Assembly: GCA_963806675.1 (NCBI GenBank) | Contig: CAWDYF010000002.1 | Coordinates: 1,043,920-1,107,919 of the forward strand | DNA length: 64,000 nt | Direction: 5' to 3' | DNA from: an uncultured Alphaproteobacteria bacterium | Lineage (GTDB): Bacteria; Pseudomonadota; Alphaproteobacteria; Rhizobiales; Beijerinckiaceae | Part shown: piece by piece, positions 10,641-21,488 of the stretch | Layout: the number at the start of each line of letters is the position of its first letter | Position numbering within the stretch: position 1 is the stretch's first letter | Notes under the pieces: generated by a model | Databases searched by the model: none | Seen by the model: the letters and a program-made list of their open reading frames with translations, nothing else | Told to the model about the DNA's origin: nothing | Made by a program: the position numbers and the translations under genes

Positions 10641-12977
10641 ATGAGTCGCGCATCGGCCGAACAGCAAAGCGCTGCACCATCCGACCCGGCGGCGCGGGCC
10701 AAGGCATTGCTGCAGGTGGCGTTCACCCAAGCGCTCGCCTGCATGAATGCCGGGGACCCGGCCAAGGCTTGCGCCCATCTCGAGGACGTGCGGGAACTCG
10801 CGGCTTCCAGCGATTCTGCCGCTTATGCGTTTGGATTGTTTCATCTAAACAGCGGCAATTGGCGCGCCGCATGCACATGGTTCGAGCAGGCGCTCGATTT
10901 GCGCCCGGATTATCCGCAAGCCTGCGCTGGACTTGCGGTCGCTTTGCAAAACCTCGGTCGCCCGCTTGACGCACTCGCCGCGTTCGAGGCGATCCTGCGG
11001 CTCAATCCCGCCGATCACGAAGCCCTGCATCTGAGCGGCGCCCTGCTTCAAAGCCTCGGAAGGAACTCCGAAGCGCTTGACGCCTACGACAAGGCGCTCG
11101 GCGTCAAACCCGACTGCGCAGAGGCTTTGCTCAACCGTGGCGCGCTGCTCGACCAGCTCGGGCGGCTCGAGGAGGCGCTGGCCTCCTTCGATGCGCTGCT
11201 CGCACTGAAGCCGGCTGACGCGACCGCGCTCTTCAACCGCGGCTGCGTGCTGCAGAAACTCGGCCGCAACGAAGCCGCGCTCGCCGCTTATGAAGCTGCG
11301 GCATCGATCGCCAGCGCGCATCCGGAGAACGAGCTCAATCGCGGCAATGTCCTGCAAAAGCTCAATCGTTTTTCGCAGTCCATTGCCTGCTACGATGCTG
11401 CCTTGCGGCTGCGGACCGCCTATCCGCAGGCATATTACAACCGCGGGATCGCGCTGCAGCGGCTCGGTCGGGCGAGCGATGCGCTCGCCGATTTCGATGC
11501 GGCGCTGGCGCAAAAGCCCGACTATGCGGAAGCATTCTGTAACCGCGGCAATGTTCTCTGCGAACTCGGACGCTTGGGCGAGGCGCTTGCTTCTTACGAA
11601 AGCGCCTTGAAATTGCGGCCGCGTTTTCGGCAGGCTGAGATCAATCGCGCCAACGTCCTCTTCGCGCAGGGCCGGCCGGAACTTGCGCTCGCCGCGGCCG
11701 CCAAAATCCTGAGCGAGGAGCCGGCGCATGCGCAGGCGCTCTGTATTCGCGGCGCCGCCTTGCAGCGTCTGGGACATCTCGATGAAGCGCTCCTCAGCCT
11801 CGCCGCAGCTTTGCGGGCGCGGCCTGCCTATCCCGAAGCTTTGCTCAATCGCGGCAACGTTCTGCAAGAGCTCGGCCGGCTCGAGGCGGCGCTCAAGGAC
11901 TACGAAGGCGCGCTCGCGCTGCGACCGCTCTACCCGGAGGTCCTGTCGAGCTGCGGCGTCGCGCTGAAGGAGCTTGGCCGCTTGGACGAGGCGCGTGCCG
12001 CCTTCGAGGCCGCCCTGCAACTCAAGCCCGACTATCCCGACGCCCGCAACAATCTTTCCGGCGCGCTTCTGCTCGGCGGCGATCTCATCGGCGGGTTTAG
12101 CGCCTTCGAGAGCCGCTGGGAGCGCAGCAACGCGCCGCGCAAGACCATCATTTCCTCGCTGCCGACCTGGAACGGCGAGGCGGTGAAAGGCCGCCGCATC
12201 CTCGTCTGGGACGAGCAAGGCCTAGGCGATCTCATCCAATTCTGCCGCTATCTTCCGCTCCTCGTCGACCGCGGCGCCGAGGTGACCTTGCTTGGGCGCA
12301 AGTCAATGTTTCGACTGCTGCAAACCTTGCCCATCGTGCCGCGACTTGTCGAGGCCGGCGGGCGGCAGGAGGATTACGACTATCAGATCGCCTTGATGAG
12401 CCTGCCTTACGCCTTCCGCACGTCGCTCGAAACCGTGCCCGCGGCGGTGCCCTATCTCCATGCCGAACCGCAGCGCGTCGAAGAATGGGCGGCGCGCATT
12501 GGGCGGCAGGGATTTCGGATTGGCATATGCCGGCAGGGCAACCTCACGATCAATCTGCAGCGTACCGTGCCTTTGGCCTGTTTCGCTGAACTTGCCGCAA
12601 TCGAAAGCGTCCGGCTCATCAGTCTCGCAAAGGACAGCGGCATGGCGGAGCCTGCCGCCGGATTTACCGTCGAGACGCTCGGCGCCGACTTCGACAGCGG
12701 CCCGGATTCGTTCTTGGACGCGGCGGCGGTGATGGCCATTTGCGACCTGATCGTGACATCCGACACATCGCTCGCGCATCTCGCCGGCGCGCTCGGGCGT
12801 CCGGTCTTGCTGGCGCTGAAACACGTGCCCGATTGGCGCTGGCTCGCCGCGGGACAAAATTCGCCCTGGTATCCGACGATGCGACTCTTCCGGCAAATCG
12901 AACGCGGCGAATGGGGCACGGTCTTTGCGGAGATCGCCGCCGCTGTCCGGGCCCGCCTCAGCTTCCCGAATGGCTGA
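10641..12977 (+). CDS. TPR-repeat protein with C-terminal GT-B (family 9-like) glycosyltransferase domain
   Basis: About a dozen 34-aa TPR units ([25 protein letters not shown] and similar), then [22 protein letters not shown] and DWRW...SPWYP. Confidence 0.87.
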   Translation: MSRASAEQQSAAPSDPAARAKALLQVAFTQALACMNAGDPAKACAHLEDVRELAASSDSAAYAFGLFHLNSGNWRAACTWFEQALDLRPDYPQACAGLAVALQNLGRPLDALAAFEAILRLNPADHEALHLSGALLQSLGRNSEALDAYDKALGVKPDCAEALLNRGALLDQLGRLEEALASFDALLALKPADATALFNRGCVLQKLGRNEAALAAYEAAASIASAHPENELNRGNVLQKLNRFSQSIACYDAALRLRTAYPQAYYNRGIALQRLGRASDALADFDAALAQKPDYAEAFCNRGNVLCELGRLGEALASYESALKLRPRFRQAEINRANVLFAQGRPELALAAAAKILSEEPAHAQALCIRGAALQRLGHLDEALLSLAAALRARPAYPEALLNRGNVLQELGRLEAALKDYEGALALRPLYPEVLSSCGVALKELGRLDEARAAFEAALQLKPDYPDARNNLSGALLLGGDLIGGFSAFESRWERSNAPRKTIISSLPTWNGEAVKGRRILVWDEQGLGDLIQFCRYLPLLVDRGAEVTLLGRKSMFRLLQTLPIVPRLVEAGGRQEDYDYQIALMSLPYAFRTSLETVPAAVPYLHAEPQRVEEWAARIGRQGFRIGICRQGNLTINLQRTVPLACFAELAAIESVRLISLAKDSGMAEPAAGFTVETLGADFDSGPDSFLDAAAVMAICDLIVTSDTSLAHLAGALGRPVLLALKHVPDWRWLAAGQNSPWYPTMRLFRQIERGEWGTVFAEIAAAVRARLSFPNG

Positions 12978-15229
12978 CGGACTTCGGTAAGAAGGCTTTC
13001 ACCGACACAATCTTCCGCGGCGTCAGGAGTTGCTTGATCTTCTGCGCGAGATCATCGCGCGTGAAGGGCTTTGGAAGGAGCAGGATGCCGTGTTCGAACT
13101 GGCAACGCTCGATGAGATGATCTTGCGCATAGCCCGTCGTGAGAAGGACGTTCAACTTTGGCTGGAGACGCAGCGCTTCCTCGGCGAGCTCGATTCCGTT
13201 CATCCCAGGCAATCCGACGTCGCTGAAGAGGAGCGAAAAGTCGGCACTCTCCCGCAGCATCTCAAGCGCCGCCTTGGCGTTGCCAGCTTCGCTCACCCGA
13301 TAGCCGAGGTCGCGCAGGATCTCGGCCGAATAGGCGCGCACGTCGGGATCGTCTTCGATGACCAAAACCGCCCCCTGCGCCTGCCCAATGGATTTTTCCT
13401 CCGAGTCCGAGCCCGGGACGGCGCCGCTCTCTTCGACATTGGCGCGCGGCAGAAAGAGTTTGACCGTCGCGCCTTGGCCCGGCGCGCTTTCGATTTTGAC
13501 ATGGCCGCCCGTCTGCTTGACGAATCCATAGACTTGGCTCAAGCCGAGGCCCGTGCCTTGCCCAACCGGCTTGGTCGAGAAGAATGGCTCGAAGACCCGG
13601 TCGAGCACGTCTTTTTCGATTCCCTTGCCGGTATCGGAGAGCGAAAGCAGCACATATTGGCCGGGTGCGATTTCGGCGCCGCCCTCCTCGTGCGGTTCGT
13701 CCACTTGGCAATTGGCCGCGACGATCGTCAATCGCCCATGTCCGTCCATGGCGTCGCGGGCGTTAATGGCGATGTTGAGAATCGCGTTGTCGAGCTGATT
13801 GATGTCGGCGAAGGCCTGCCAGAGCCCGGGCGCGACCTGCGTTTGGATATCTATATTCTCGCCGAGCGTCCGCCGCAGCAGGTCCGACATCGAAGCCAAC
13901 ATCGCAACGAGATCGGCGGCGCGCGGTTCAAGCGGCTGCCGGCGTGAAAAGACGAGCAGTCTCTGCGTCAACACCGCACCGCGGTTCGCCGCATCGAATG
14001 CGTTGCTCGCCCAGCGGTGGAGCCGCGCCTCGCCGCGCGCGGTATATTTCTTCAGCAGCTCCAAGTTGCCCAGAACGGCGGTGAGAAGATTGTTGAAGTC
14101 GTGCGCGATACCGCCGGTGAGCTGGCCTATGGATTCGAGCTTTTGGGCTTGCCGCAATTGTGCTTCGGCTTGCTCGCGTTCGGCCACGGCCTTGTTGCGC
14201 TCCCTGTCGGCTATGGCGAGCGCGTCATAGGCATTGAATTGGCGGATCAGCAGCCAGAGGACGAAACAAAGGGCGACGACGCAGAACAAGGCTCCGCCGG
14301 CAATCAATGCCGCCGCCTGGTACCAATCCGTGAGGATTTGCGCCATCCCCTTGCTGATGTTGACGACCAGCGGGAATTGCTTGACGGGCATGGCCGCGAC
14401 GATGCGCGCTTGTCCATCGAGCCCCCTGGCGGCCTCATAGGTGACAGGCTGGTCATCGCGCAGTATCCCGCTGAACGCCGCGATCTTGAAGATATGGCCG
14501 ATACCCGGCAAGGGTGGATAGCGGACGAGCAGCATTCCATCGCTCCGCCATAGGCTGACGGCGCCGTGGCCGCCGATGCCCAGCGTCTTGTAGAGATTCT
14601 CGAAATAGGCGAGATCGATCGCCGCGACGACGACACCGAGGAATCTTTTCGACGGGCCATCGATGCGCCTAGCGAGATAGACCGTCCAGCCGCCGTTATC
14701 ATTCTGCACCGGCAGGCTGAGATAGGCGCCGGAGTTTGGCGCGTCCTTGAGAACTTTGAAATAGTCGCTCCCCGCCACGCTGCTGGCCGGCGCCGGATAC
14801 CGAGTTCGACCAATTCACGAGCCGCCCGTCGAATCCGATTATGCTGACCGATGCGAGTTGCGGAATCCCGACGATCCGCGATTTCAACAACGTGTGGGTG
14901 ACGGTGTCGGATTGCGAGCGAATGAGCTGCAGCGGCTTTGTCATCCCGTCGAGAGCGAGATCTTGCTGCAAGCTCGTGAGAACGAGATCGACGCTCTGCA
15001 AGGTCCGTTCGGTTTCCTCCGCCAGCAGGAGGTCGAGCGCAGTGAGCTCGCGTTTTTCGTCGTTGATGTCGCCGCGGCGCAATTCGCGGATTGCCAATCC
15101 GGCGCCGAGGCAGACCAGCAGGATGATCAGGATGCCTAAACCGACGATGATCGGTTTAGGTTGGAGGGGCGAACGGCCCAAATCGTCCCGATGCAAGCCG
15201 CGATATGGAAGCAAAGGTCCTTTCCTCAC
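12958..15229 (-). CDS. Membrane hybrid sensor histidine kinase/receiver with periplasmic Cache-like domain, frameshifted at about 14800
   Basis: TM1 and the start of the periplasmic region lie in ORF 14699-15229. GGIAHDFNNLL, NAILNIAINARDAM, DTGKG, GTGLGLS and the receiver domain (EDD..D..KPF) lie in ORF 12958-14778. Removing one base joins them as NWSNS-YPAPASSVAGSDYF. Confidence 0.88.
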
Positions 15230-15334
15230 CTTTGACCCCCAATTCCGCTTGAGGCGAGATCAGAAGTCGAGTTTAACAGGCCTGGAGAAGCAAAGGAAGC
15301 AGAAGCGGTTTCTCCAACGGCCGGATACGATTGA

Positions 15335-16318
15335 TCACCAGCGCAGGAGCGCGCTGCCCCAGGCCATCCCCGCCCCGATGGCCATCATGGCGATGAGATC
15401 GCCTTGCTTCAGCATTCCGGCCCGATTGGCCTCATCGAGCGAGATCGGCAGCGAGGCGCTCGAGGTGTTGCCGTAGCGATCTATGTTGAGCCAGCATTTT
15501 TCGCGCGGGATTGCGAGCCGGTCGACGACCAATTCGACGATGCGCGCATTGGCTTGATGGGAAATGACGTGATCTATCGCGCCGGGTTTCAATCCATTCG
15601 CTGCCAGTGCTTCGAGCAGCGCGTCGGGGAGAACCCGGACCGCGAATTTATAGATTTCCCGGCCGTTCATCGCGATCTTATGCATATTCTTGGCGAGAAC
15701 TTCCTCCGACTGCGGATGCCGGCTGCCGCCGCCGGGAATCGACAACATCGAGGCGGCGTTACCGTCGGAATGAAGATGCGCCGAAATCAAGCCGCGCGCA
15801 GGATTCGGGGTCGGTCCCATGACGAGCGCGCCGGCGGCATCGCCGAAAAGCACACAGCTGTTGCGGTCGGACCAATCGACGAGCCGACTGAGGATTTCGG
15901 CGCCAATGACGAGCACGCGCTTGGCCCTGCCGCTGCGAATGAACTGGTCGGCTATGCTGATGGCGTAAAGCGAGCCGGCACAGGCAGCGGAAAGATCGAA
16001 TGCGAAGGCGCGGGTTGCGCCGAGCTTGGCCTGGACGATCACCGCGCAGGACGGCATCTGCATATCAGGCGAGATCGTGCCGACGATGATCATGTCGAGC
16101 GCCCTGGGATCGGTCTCGGCCATGGCCAGGGCTCGCCGCGCGGCCTCGATCGCCATGTCCGAGGTTGCTTCGTGATCGGCGGCGATGCGCCGCTCTTTGA
16201 TCCCCGTGCGCTCGCTGATCCAGGCGCTCGAAGTGTTGACGATTTTTTCGAGATCCTGGTTGGTGAGGATGCGCGACGGAGCATAGGCCCCCGTCCCCAG
16301 AATGTGGGAATAGGTCAA
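15335..16318 (-). CDS. fabH: 3-oxoacyl-ACP synthase III (FabH family)
   Basis: Catalytic Cys (SAACAG), His (SHQAN) and Asn (YGNTSSAS); FGDAAGA. Start set at TTG 16318. Confidence 0.92.
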   Translation of the reverse strand: MTYSHILGTGAYAPSRILTNQDLEKIVNTSSAWISERTGIKERRIAADHEATSDMAIEAARRALAMAETDPRALDMIIVGTISPDMQMPSCAVIVQAKLGATRAFAFDLSAACAGSLYAISIADQFIRSGRAKRVLVIGAEILSRLVDWSDRNSCVLFGDAAGALVMGPTPNPARGLISAHLHSDGNAASMLSIPGGGSRHPQSEEVLAKNMHKIAMNGREIYKFAVRVLPDALLEALAANGLKPGAIDHVISHQANARIVELVVDRLAIPREKCWLNIDRYGNTSSASLPISLDEANRAGMLKQGDLIAMMAIGAGMAWGSALLRW

Positions 16319-16502
16319 GATTATCGTCCCGTACGCGGCCGTCCGCGGCGGCTCCGACATAGGACGAAACGGACAATGTCGCAAATGGCCGTGGTTCAGG
16401 CCGGTGCTCGTACATGCCGATTTGGGCTGATGATGGTCAAATGCCCGTGATGCCGGCTCTGGCCGAGGCAGGCGTGGCGCGACGGCAGCCGCAGCGCCGC
16501 GA

Positions 16503-16793
16503 TCAATGCCCCGCCGCCTTGCTGCGCGCGCTGCCAGCGGGGGTTACGGTGCCCAACTCATAGGATCGGCGTAGCTGATCGATGGCGCCGCGCGCCCCGC
16601 GCAGGGCCGCATTGCCCACGCGTGGCCTGAACCCCGCCAGAGTCCAGTTGCTTCCGCCGGCCGGCGCAGCTCGCGGCTGGATCAGGATCTCGTCGACCTG
16701 TTCGAAACCCTCATGCGATCTCAAAGCACGCAAACATATTTCACGCAATTCCGCATGCGATCGAATCTCGCGCTGCATCTTTGCCTCATGCAT
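16503..16793 (-). CDS. Small hypothetical protein (about 96 aa)
   Basis: Fills an intergenic gap and looks globular (REIRSHAELREICLRALRS...SNWTL). Start uncertain (16793 or 16778). Confidence 0.55.
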   Translation of the reverse strand: MHEAKMQREIRSHAELREICLRALRSHEGFEQVDEILIQPRAAPAGGSNWTLAGFRPRVGNAALRGARGAIDQLRRSYELGTVTPAGSARSKAAGH

Positions 16794-17020
16794 TGGACGG
16801 CCTGTCCAGCCGCTGACTGCATGGTCAACGTTCCAACCCGAGGAATTGTTCCGCTGCGCTAACCAGCACGACCGTGGCGGTTGCATGTCACACAGCTTTC
16901 AGCTCAAGCTTTTTGCCGAATTCGCAATCGCATTTTAGACATGCGAAGGTAAATAAAGCTTGTTGCTGCAACCAGCGGACGAAATGCGGGGCTGCGAAGA
17001 GGCTGCTTGCGAGGTTTTCT

Positions 17021-17713
17021 GTGGCACCGGAGGAACTTCAGGCGCGACTTCTTTACCGCGACGGCCTGGTGCTCGTCATCGATAAGCCGGCGGGGATTGC
17101 GGTCCATAAAGGTCCGAAAGGCGGTGAAAGTCTGCAAGCGGGCTTCTCCGCCCTGCGCTTCGGGCTGCCGCGCGATCCGGCGCTGGCGCACCGGCTCGAC
17201 CGTGAGACCTCGGGCTGCCTGGCGCTCGGCCGCCATCACAAAGCACTCGAGCGACTGGGCCTGCTGTTCAAGCAAGGCAGGGTCGGCAAGTGCTACTGGG
17301 CCATTGTCGAAGGCCGCCCGAGGGAAGCGGAAGGTTGCATCGACCTGCCGCTCGGGCGGCTCAATTCGTCGCGTGGCTGGTGGATGAAGGTCGATCCGAT
17401 AGGCGTCAAAGCGCAGACGCGCTGGCGCCTGCTCGGCGGCAACGATACTCTCGCCTTGCTCGCGCTGACGCCGCTGACCGGCCGCACCCATCAGCTGCGC
17501 GTCCATTGCGCGGCCATGGGATTTCCCATCCTCGGCGATCGCATCTACGGCACGGGCAGCGACGCCGGCCCGACACTGCAGCTTCACGCCCGGGCAATCG
17601 AAATCCCGCTCTATAAGAACAAGGATCCCGTCCGGGTCGAAGCGCCCGTGCCGGCGCACATGCGCGAACGGGTCTGCGACCTGCTTGCAACCCTTGCTGA
17701 ACCGCGGCCCTAG
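17021..17713 (+). CDS. RluA-family RNA pseudouridine synthase
   Basis: VIDKPAGIAVH, HRLDRETSG, GRTHQLRVH, ILGDRIYG, LQLHA. Start set at GTG 17021. Confidence 0.93.
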   Translation: MAPEELQARLLYRDGLVLVIDKPAGIAVHKGPKGGESLQAGFSALRFGLPRDPALAHRLDRETSGCLALGRHHKALERLGLLFKQGRVGKCYWAIVEGRPREAEGCIDLPLGRLNSSRGWWMKVDPIGVKAQTRWRLLGGNDTLALLALTPLTGRTHQLRVHCAAMGFPILGDRIYGTGSDAGPTLQLHARAIEIPLYKNKDPVRVEAPVPAHMRERVCDLLATLAEPRP

Positions 17714-17722
17714 ATCGCGCTC

Positions 17723-18301
17723 TCAGGTGAGGCCGCGCAAGCGCCGCGCCCGCGCTCGCAGTTCGGCAAGCTTGCGCCCCAGGCCGGCATGCGATGCGAA
17801 GGACGCCAGCATTTCTCTCAGTCTTCGCTTGAACGGCGTGAGAATTGCGCGAACGCGCTGCTTGTAAGGTTCGAGAATCTCATGCGCGCGCGCGCGAACC
17901 CACATGACCCATGCATAAAAGCGCGCGAACCAGCCCATAGACAGCAGCTTGGTCCGGGTCGCATCGAACAGGAAGGCAGCAACGCCGAGGCCGAAGACTT
18001 TCGCAGCGACAAAGGCAAGAACCCCATAGACGATATGATGATGGGCGATGAGCCAGAGGCCGACGATCTTGAAGGGTTCGATCAGCGCGACCGGAATGAG
18101 GAAGACGAGCAGCACGAGAGGCGCCGGCAGCGCGTTCAGTCCGCGCACCAGCGCCTGTTTGAGCGATTCGAAGGGAATGCTGGCCGCGAGGCGCTTCAGC
18201 AGGGCGCCCAACACGTCCCAGAGCCAGGCCTCGAAGAGAAAGACCGCCGCCAACACGAACCACAAGGGCCGGCTCAGTCTTCTCATCAGATCTCTTCGCA
18301 T
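17723..18301 (-). CDS. Hypothetical membrane protein
   Basis: Several hydrophobic helices. GGAG SD precedes ATG 18301. Lies downstream of the RND operon on the same strand. Confidence 0.72.
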   Translation of the reverse strand: MRRDLMRRLSRPLWFVLAAVFLFEAWLWDVLGALLKRLAASIPFESLKQALVRGLNALPAPLVLLVFLIPVALIEPFKIVGLWLIAHHHIVYGVLAFVAAKVFGLGVAAFLFDATRTKLLSMGWFARFYAWVMWVRARAHEILEPYKQRVRAILTPFKRRLREMLASFASHAGLGRKLAELRARARRLRGLT

Positions 18302-18385
18302 GGCTGCGACTCCTGCCGGCAATCGATTGAGATCGGCGTTCGGACGCAAAGGCGCCGGCGATGTTATGGGCCGGGGCCTCGGTTT

Positions 18386-21300
18386 CTACGGCGCGCTCAT
18401 CTCGAAAGCGGCGATCTCCTTGCTCCGGCGCGAAGTCGCTTCGGCGCGGTGATCCTTGGCCAGGGCCACATAGACGGCCGGCAGCACGAAGAGCGTGAAC
18501 AAAGTGCCGATCGACATGCCGGAGACGACGACGAGGCCGATCGAGAAGCGGCTGGCTGCGCCGGCGCCGTTAGCCAGGAGCAGCGGAATGAGGCCGGTCA
18601 CCATCGCCGCCGTGGTCATGAGGATCGGCCGCAGCCGGACACGCGCCGCCTTCTCGATCGCGGCGCGGCGGTCGAGACCTTCCTTGAGCTGCAAGTCCCT
18701 GGCGAAGGCGACCATCAGAATGCCGTGCTTGCTGATGAGGCCGATCAAGGTGACGAGCCCGACCTGGGTATAGATATTCACCGTCGCGACGCCGAAGAAG
18801 AGCGGGACGAGTGCGCCGCTGATCGCCATCGGCACGCTGATCATGATGACGAGCGGATCGCGCAGGCTCTCGAATTGTGCCGCGAGGACAAGGAAGATGA
18901 TGATGAGGGCAAAGAAGAAGGTGATCGCCAGCTGATTGCCCTCGCGCACGAATTGCCGCGAATCGGCGAGAAAATCATGGCTGAAGCCGGCCGGCAGAAG
19001 ATTGGCCTGGCTCTCCAAGAATTGCACGGCCTTGCCGACCGTCACTCCCGGCATTGGCACCGCTTGAAATGTCGCCGAGTTCAGCTGGTTGTAATGGGTC
19101 AGCGCGTTCGGATCGGTTCCCGTTGAAACCGATACGACCGTCGACAAGGGTATTTGCTGGCCGGTGAGCGAAGGCACGTAATAATTCGAGAGCAGCTCGG
19201 GCGTGAGGCGGAGCGTGCGCGGCACCTGCGGGATCACTTCATAAGACCGGCCTTCCAGGTTGAACCAATTGACGTAATTGCCGCCGAGCATGAGCGCCAG
19301 AGTATTGCCGATCTGCTGCATCGTCAGGCCGAGGTCGTTCGCCTTGCTGCGGTCGATGCTGATGCGCACGACCGGCTGGTTGAATTGCAAGTCGCTGTCG
19401 GACACGATGAACAACCCGCTCTTGCGCGCGGCGGCCTTGATCTTCTCCATCTCGTTGAAGACCGACGGGAACCCATTGGTCGAGCTGATGACCATTTGAA
19501 TGGGCAGACCGCCGGGGCCTCCCGGCAGGGCTGGCAGATTGAACGCGAAGGCATTCACGCCCTCGATCTTCGACAGCTTGGCTTGGACCAAGGGCTTCAA
19601 GGCGATGGAGGAGCGTTTGCGCTCATTCCAGGGTTTCAAGAGCATGCCGCTAATGCCCTGATTCGGGGCAGGAGTGCCGTTGAGGACGAAACGCAGATCC
19701 GTCTCGGGGAACGACTTGAAGACCTCGTCGAGCTTCTTGCCGTAATAATCGGCATAGTCGATGTTGGCGTATTGCGGCATCTTGGTCAGCGCGAAAATGA
19801 TGCCTTGGTCTTCTTCCGGCGCCAATTCCGCGTTGCTGTGCTCATAAAGAAAAACGATCAGGCCGAGAATCGTGACCGCAAACAGCCCGGTGGCGGCGCG
19901 GTAATTGAGCGAGCGATCCAGGCGTCGCCCATACCAGCGCGTGACGGCTCCGAAGACCTTGTCGATAATCCGAGTGAAGCGGCCCTGGCCGCTGCCGCGC
20001 GAAAGCAGCACCGAACACATCATCGGCGACAAGGTGAGCGCGATCACGCCCGAAACGATGACCGCGCCGGCGAGCGTGAAGGCAAATTCGCGGAACAGCG
20101 AACCCGTCAGACCGCCGAGCAGTCCGATCGGCGCATAAACCGCCGCCAGCGTGATCGTCATGGCGATCACCGGTCCGACGATCTCGCGCGCGCCGATCAG
20201 GGCGGCTTGAACGGGAGGTTTGCCCTCCTCCAGATGCCTATAGATGTTCTCCACCACCACGATCGCGTCGTCGACCACCAGGCCGATCGCCAGGACCATC
20301 GCGAGCAGCGTCAGCAAATTGAGGCTGAAGCCCATGGCGAGCATCAGCGTGCAGCAGCCGACAAGCGACAGCGGTATGGTCACCACCGGGATGAGCACGG
20401 AGCGGAACGAGCCGAGGAACAGGAAAATCACGACGATGACGATCGCGACTGCCTTGAGCAGAGTGGATTCCACTTCGTCGATCGAGGACTGGATGAACTT
20501 CGTCGAATCATAAGCCACTTTCATCTTGAGCGATGGCGGAAGGTTGTGTTCGATCGTCGGAAAGAGAGCGCGCACGCCTTTGACGATCGCCAGCGGATTA
20601 CCCTGCGGCGTCGCTTGCACGCCGATGAAAATCGCGTGCTCGCCGCTGAACGCGACGCTGGAGTCTCGGCTTTGCGCGCCGAGCTCGACGGTTGCGATGT
20701 CCTCGATGCGGACGAGGCCGCCGTTCTTGGCCTTCACGATCATCCGCTTGAAATCACTCATGTCGGTCAAGTCGGCATTGGTCGTGACGTTGGAGATGGT
20801 GTAGTAACCCTTTATTTGCCCCGCCGCGGCCTGAAAATTATTAGCCTGGATCGCAGCGACGACGTCGGCGGCGGAGACGCCGCGGCCCGCCATCCGCACC
20901 GGATCGAGCCACAGCCGCATCGCGAAAGTCTGGCCGCCGAGAATGTCGGCCGAGGCGACGCCGTCGACCGTCGACATGAGCGGTTGGATGACGCGCGTCA
21001 GATAGTCGGAGATCGCCGAGCCGCTGAGTTCATTGCTGGAGAACCCGATATACATCACCGCCGTAGTCTGGCCGGTCGATTTCAGGATGATCGGATCGTT
21101 CGCCGCTTTCGGGATCTGATATTTGACCTGGTTGACCTTCGCCATTACGTCGGTCAGCGCCTGGTTGGGATCGGCGTTGAGCTTCATGAAGATCTGTATC
21201 GTGCTCGACCCCTGCACCGAAGACGAGGTCATGTAATCGATGCCCTCGGCCGAGGCGACCGCCTGTTCGATCGGAGTCGTGATGAAGCCTTGCATCAATT

Positions 21301-21469
21301 CCGGCGAAGCGCCGGGATAGGTCGTCGTCACGGTGATGACCGTGTTCGAAAGTTTCGGATATTGCCGAACCGGCAGGCTGGTGCCGGCCTTGAGCCCTAT
21401 CAGCAGGATCAAAAGGCTGACGACGAGCGACAGAACCGGACGTTTGATGAAAATGTCGGTAAAGGCCAT
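18386..21469 (-). CDS. RND efflux permease (AcrB/MexI-MexW-like)
   Basis: FIKRPVLS, GLVVDDAIVVVENI, GLISKHGILMV, RLRPILMTT. About 1027 aa from ATG 21469. Confidence 0.96.
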   Translation of the reverse strand: MAFTDIFIKRPVLSLVVSLLILLIGLKAGTSLPVRQYPKLSNTVITVTTTYPGASPELMQGFITTPIEQAVASAEGIDYMTSSSVQGSSTIQIFMKLNADPNQALTDVMAKVNQVKYQIPKAANDPIILKSTGQTTAVMYIGFSSNELSGSAISDYLTRVIQPLMSTVDGVASADILGGQTFAMRLWLDPVRMAGRGVSAADVVAAIQANNFQAAAGQIKGYYTISNVTTNADLTDMSDFKRMIVKAKNGGLVRIEDIATVELGAQSRDSSVAFSGEHAIFIGVQATPQGNPLAIVKGVRALFPTIEHNLPPSLKMKVAYDSTKFIQSSIDEVESTLLKAVAIVIVVIFLFLGSFRSVLIPVVTIPLSLVGCCTLMLAMGFSLNLLTLLAMVLAIGLVVDDAIVVVENIYRHLEEGKPPVQAALIGAREIVGPVIAMTITLAAVYAPIGLLGGLTGSLFREFAFTLAGAVIVSGVIALTLSPMMCSVLLSRGSGQGRFTRIIDKVFGAVTRWYGRRLDRSLNYRAATGLFAVTILGLIVFLYEHSNAELAPEEDQGIIFALTKMPQYANIDYADYYGKKLDEVFKSFPETDLRFVLNGTPAPNQGISGMLLKPWNERKRSSIALKPLVQAKLSKIEGVNAFAFNLPALPGGPGGLPIQMVISSTNGFPSVFNEMEKIKAAARKSGLFIVSDSDLQFNQPVVRISIDRSKANDLGLTMQQIGNTLALMLGGNYVNWFNLEGRSYEVIPQVPRTLRLTPELLSNYYVPSLTGQQIPLSTVVSVSTGTDPNALTHYNQLNSATFQAVPMPGVTVGKAVQFLESQANLLPAGFSHDFLADSRQFVREGNQLAITFFFALIIIFLVLAAQFESLRDPLVIMISVPMAISGALVPLFFGVATVNIYTQVGLVTLIGLISKHGILMVAFARDLQLKEGLDRRAAIEKAARVRLRPILMTTAAMVTGLIPLLLANGAGAASRFSIGLVVVSGMSIGTLFTLFVLPAVYVALAKDHRAEATSRRSKEIAAFEMSAP

Positions 21470-21488
21470 CGGCCCGCCCTCCTGCGGC

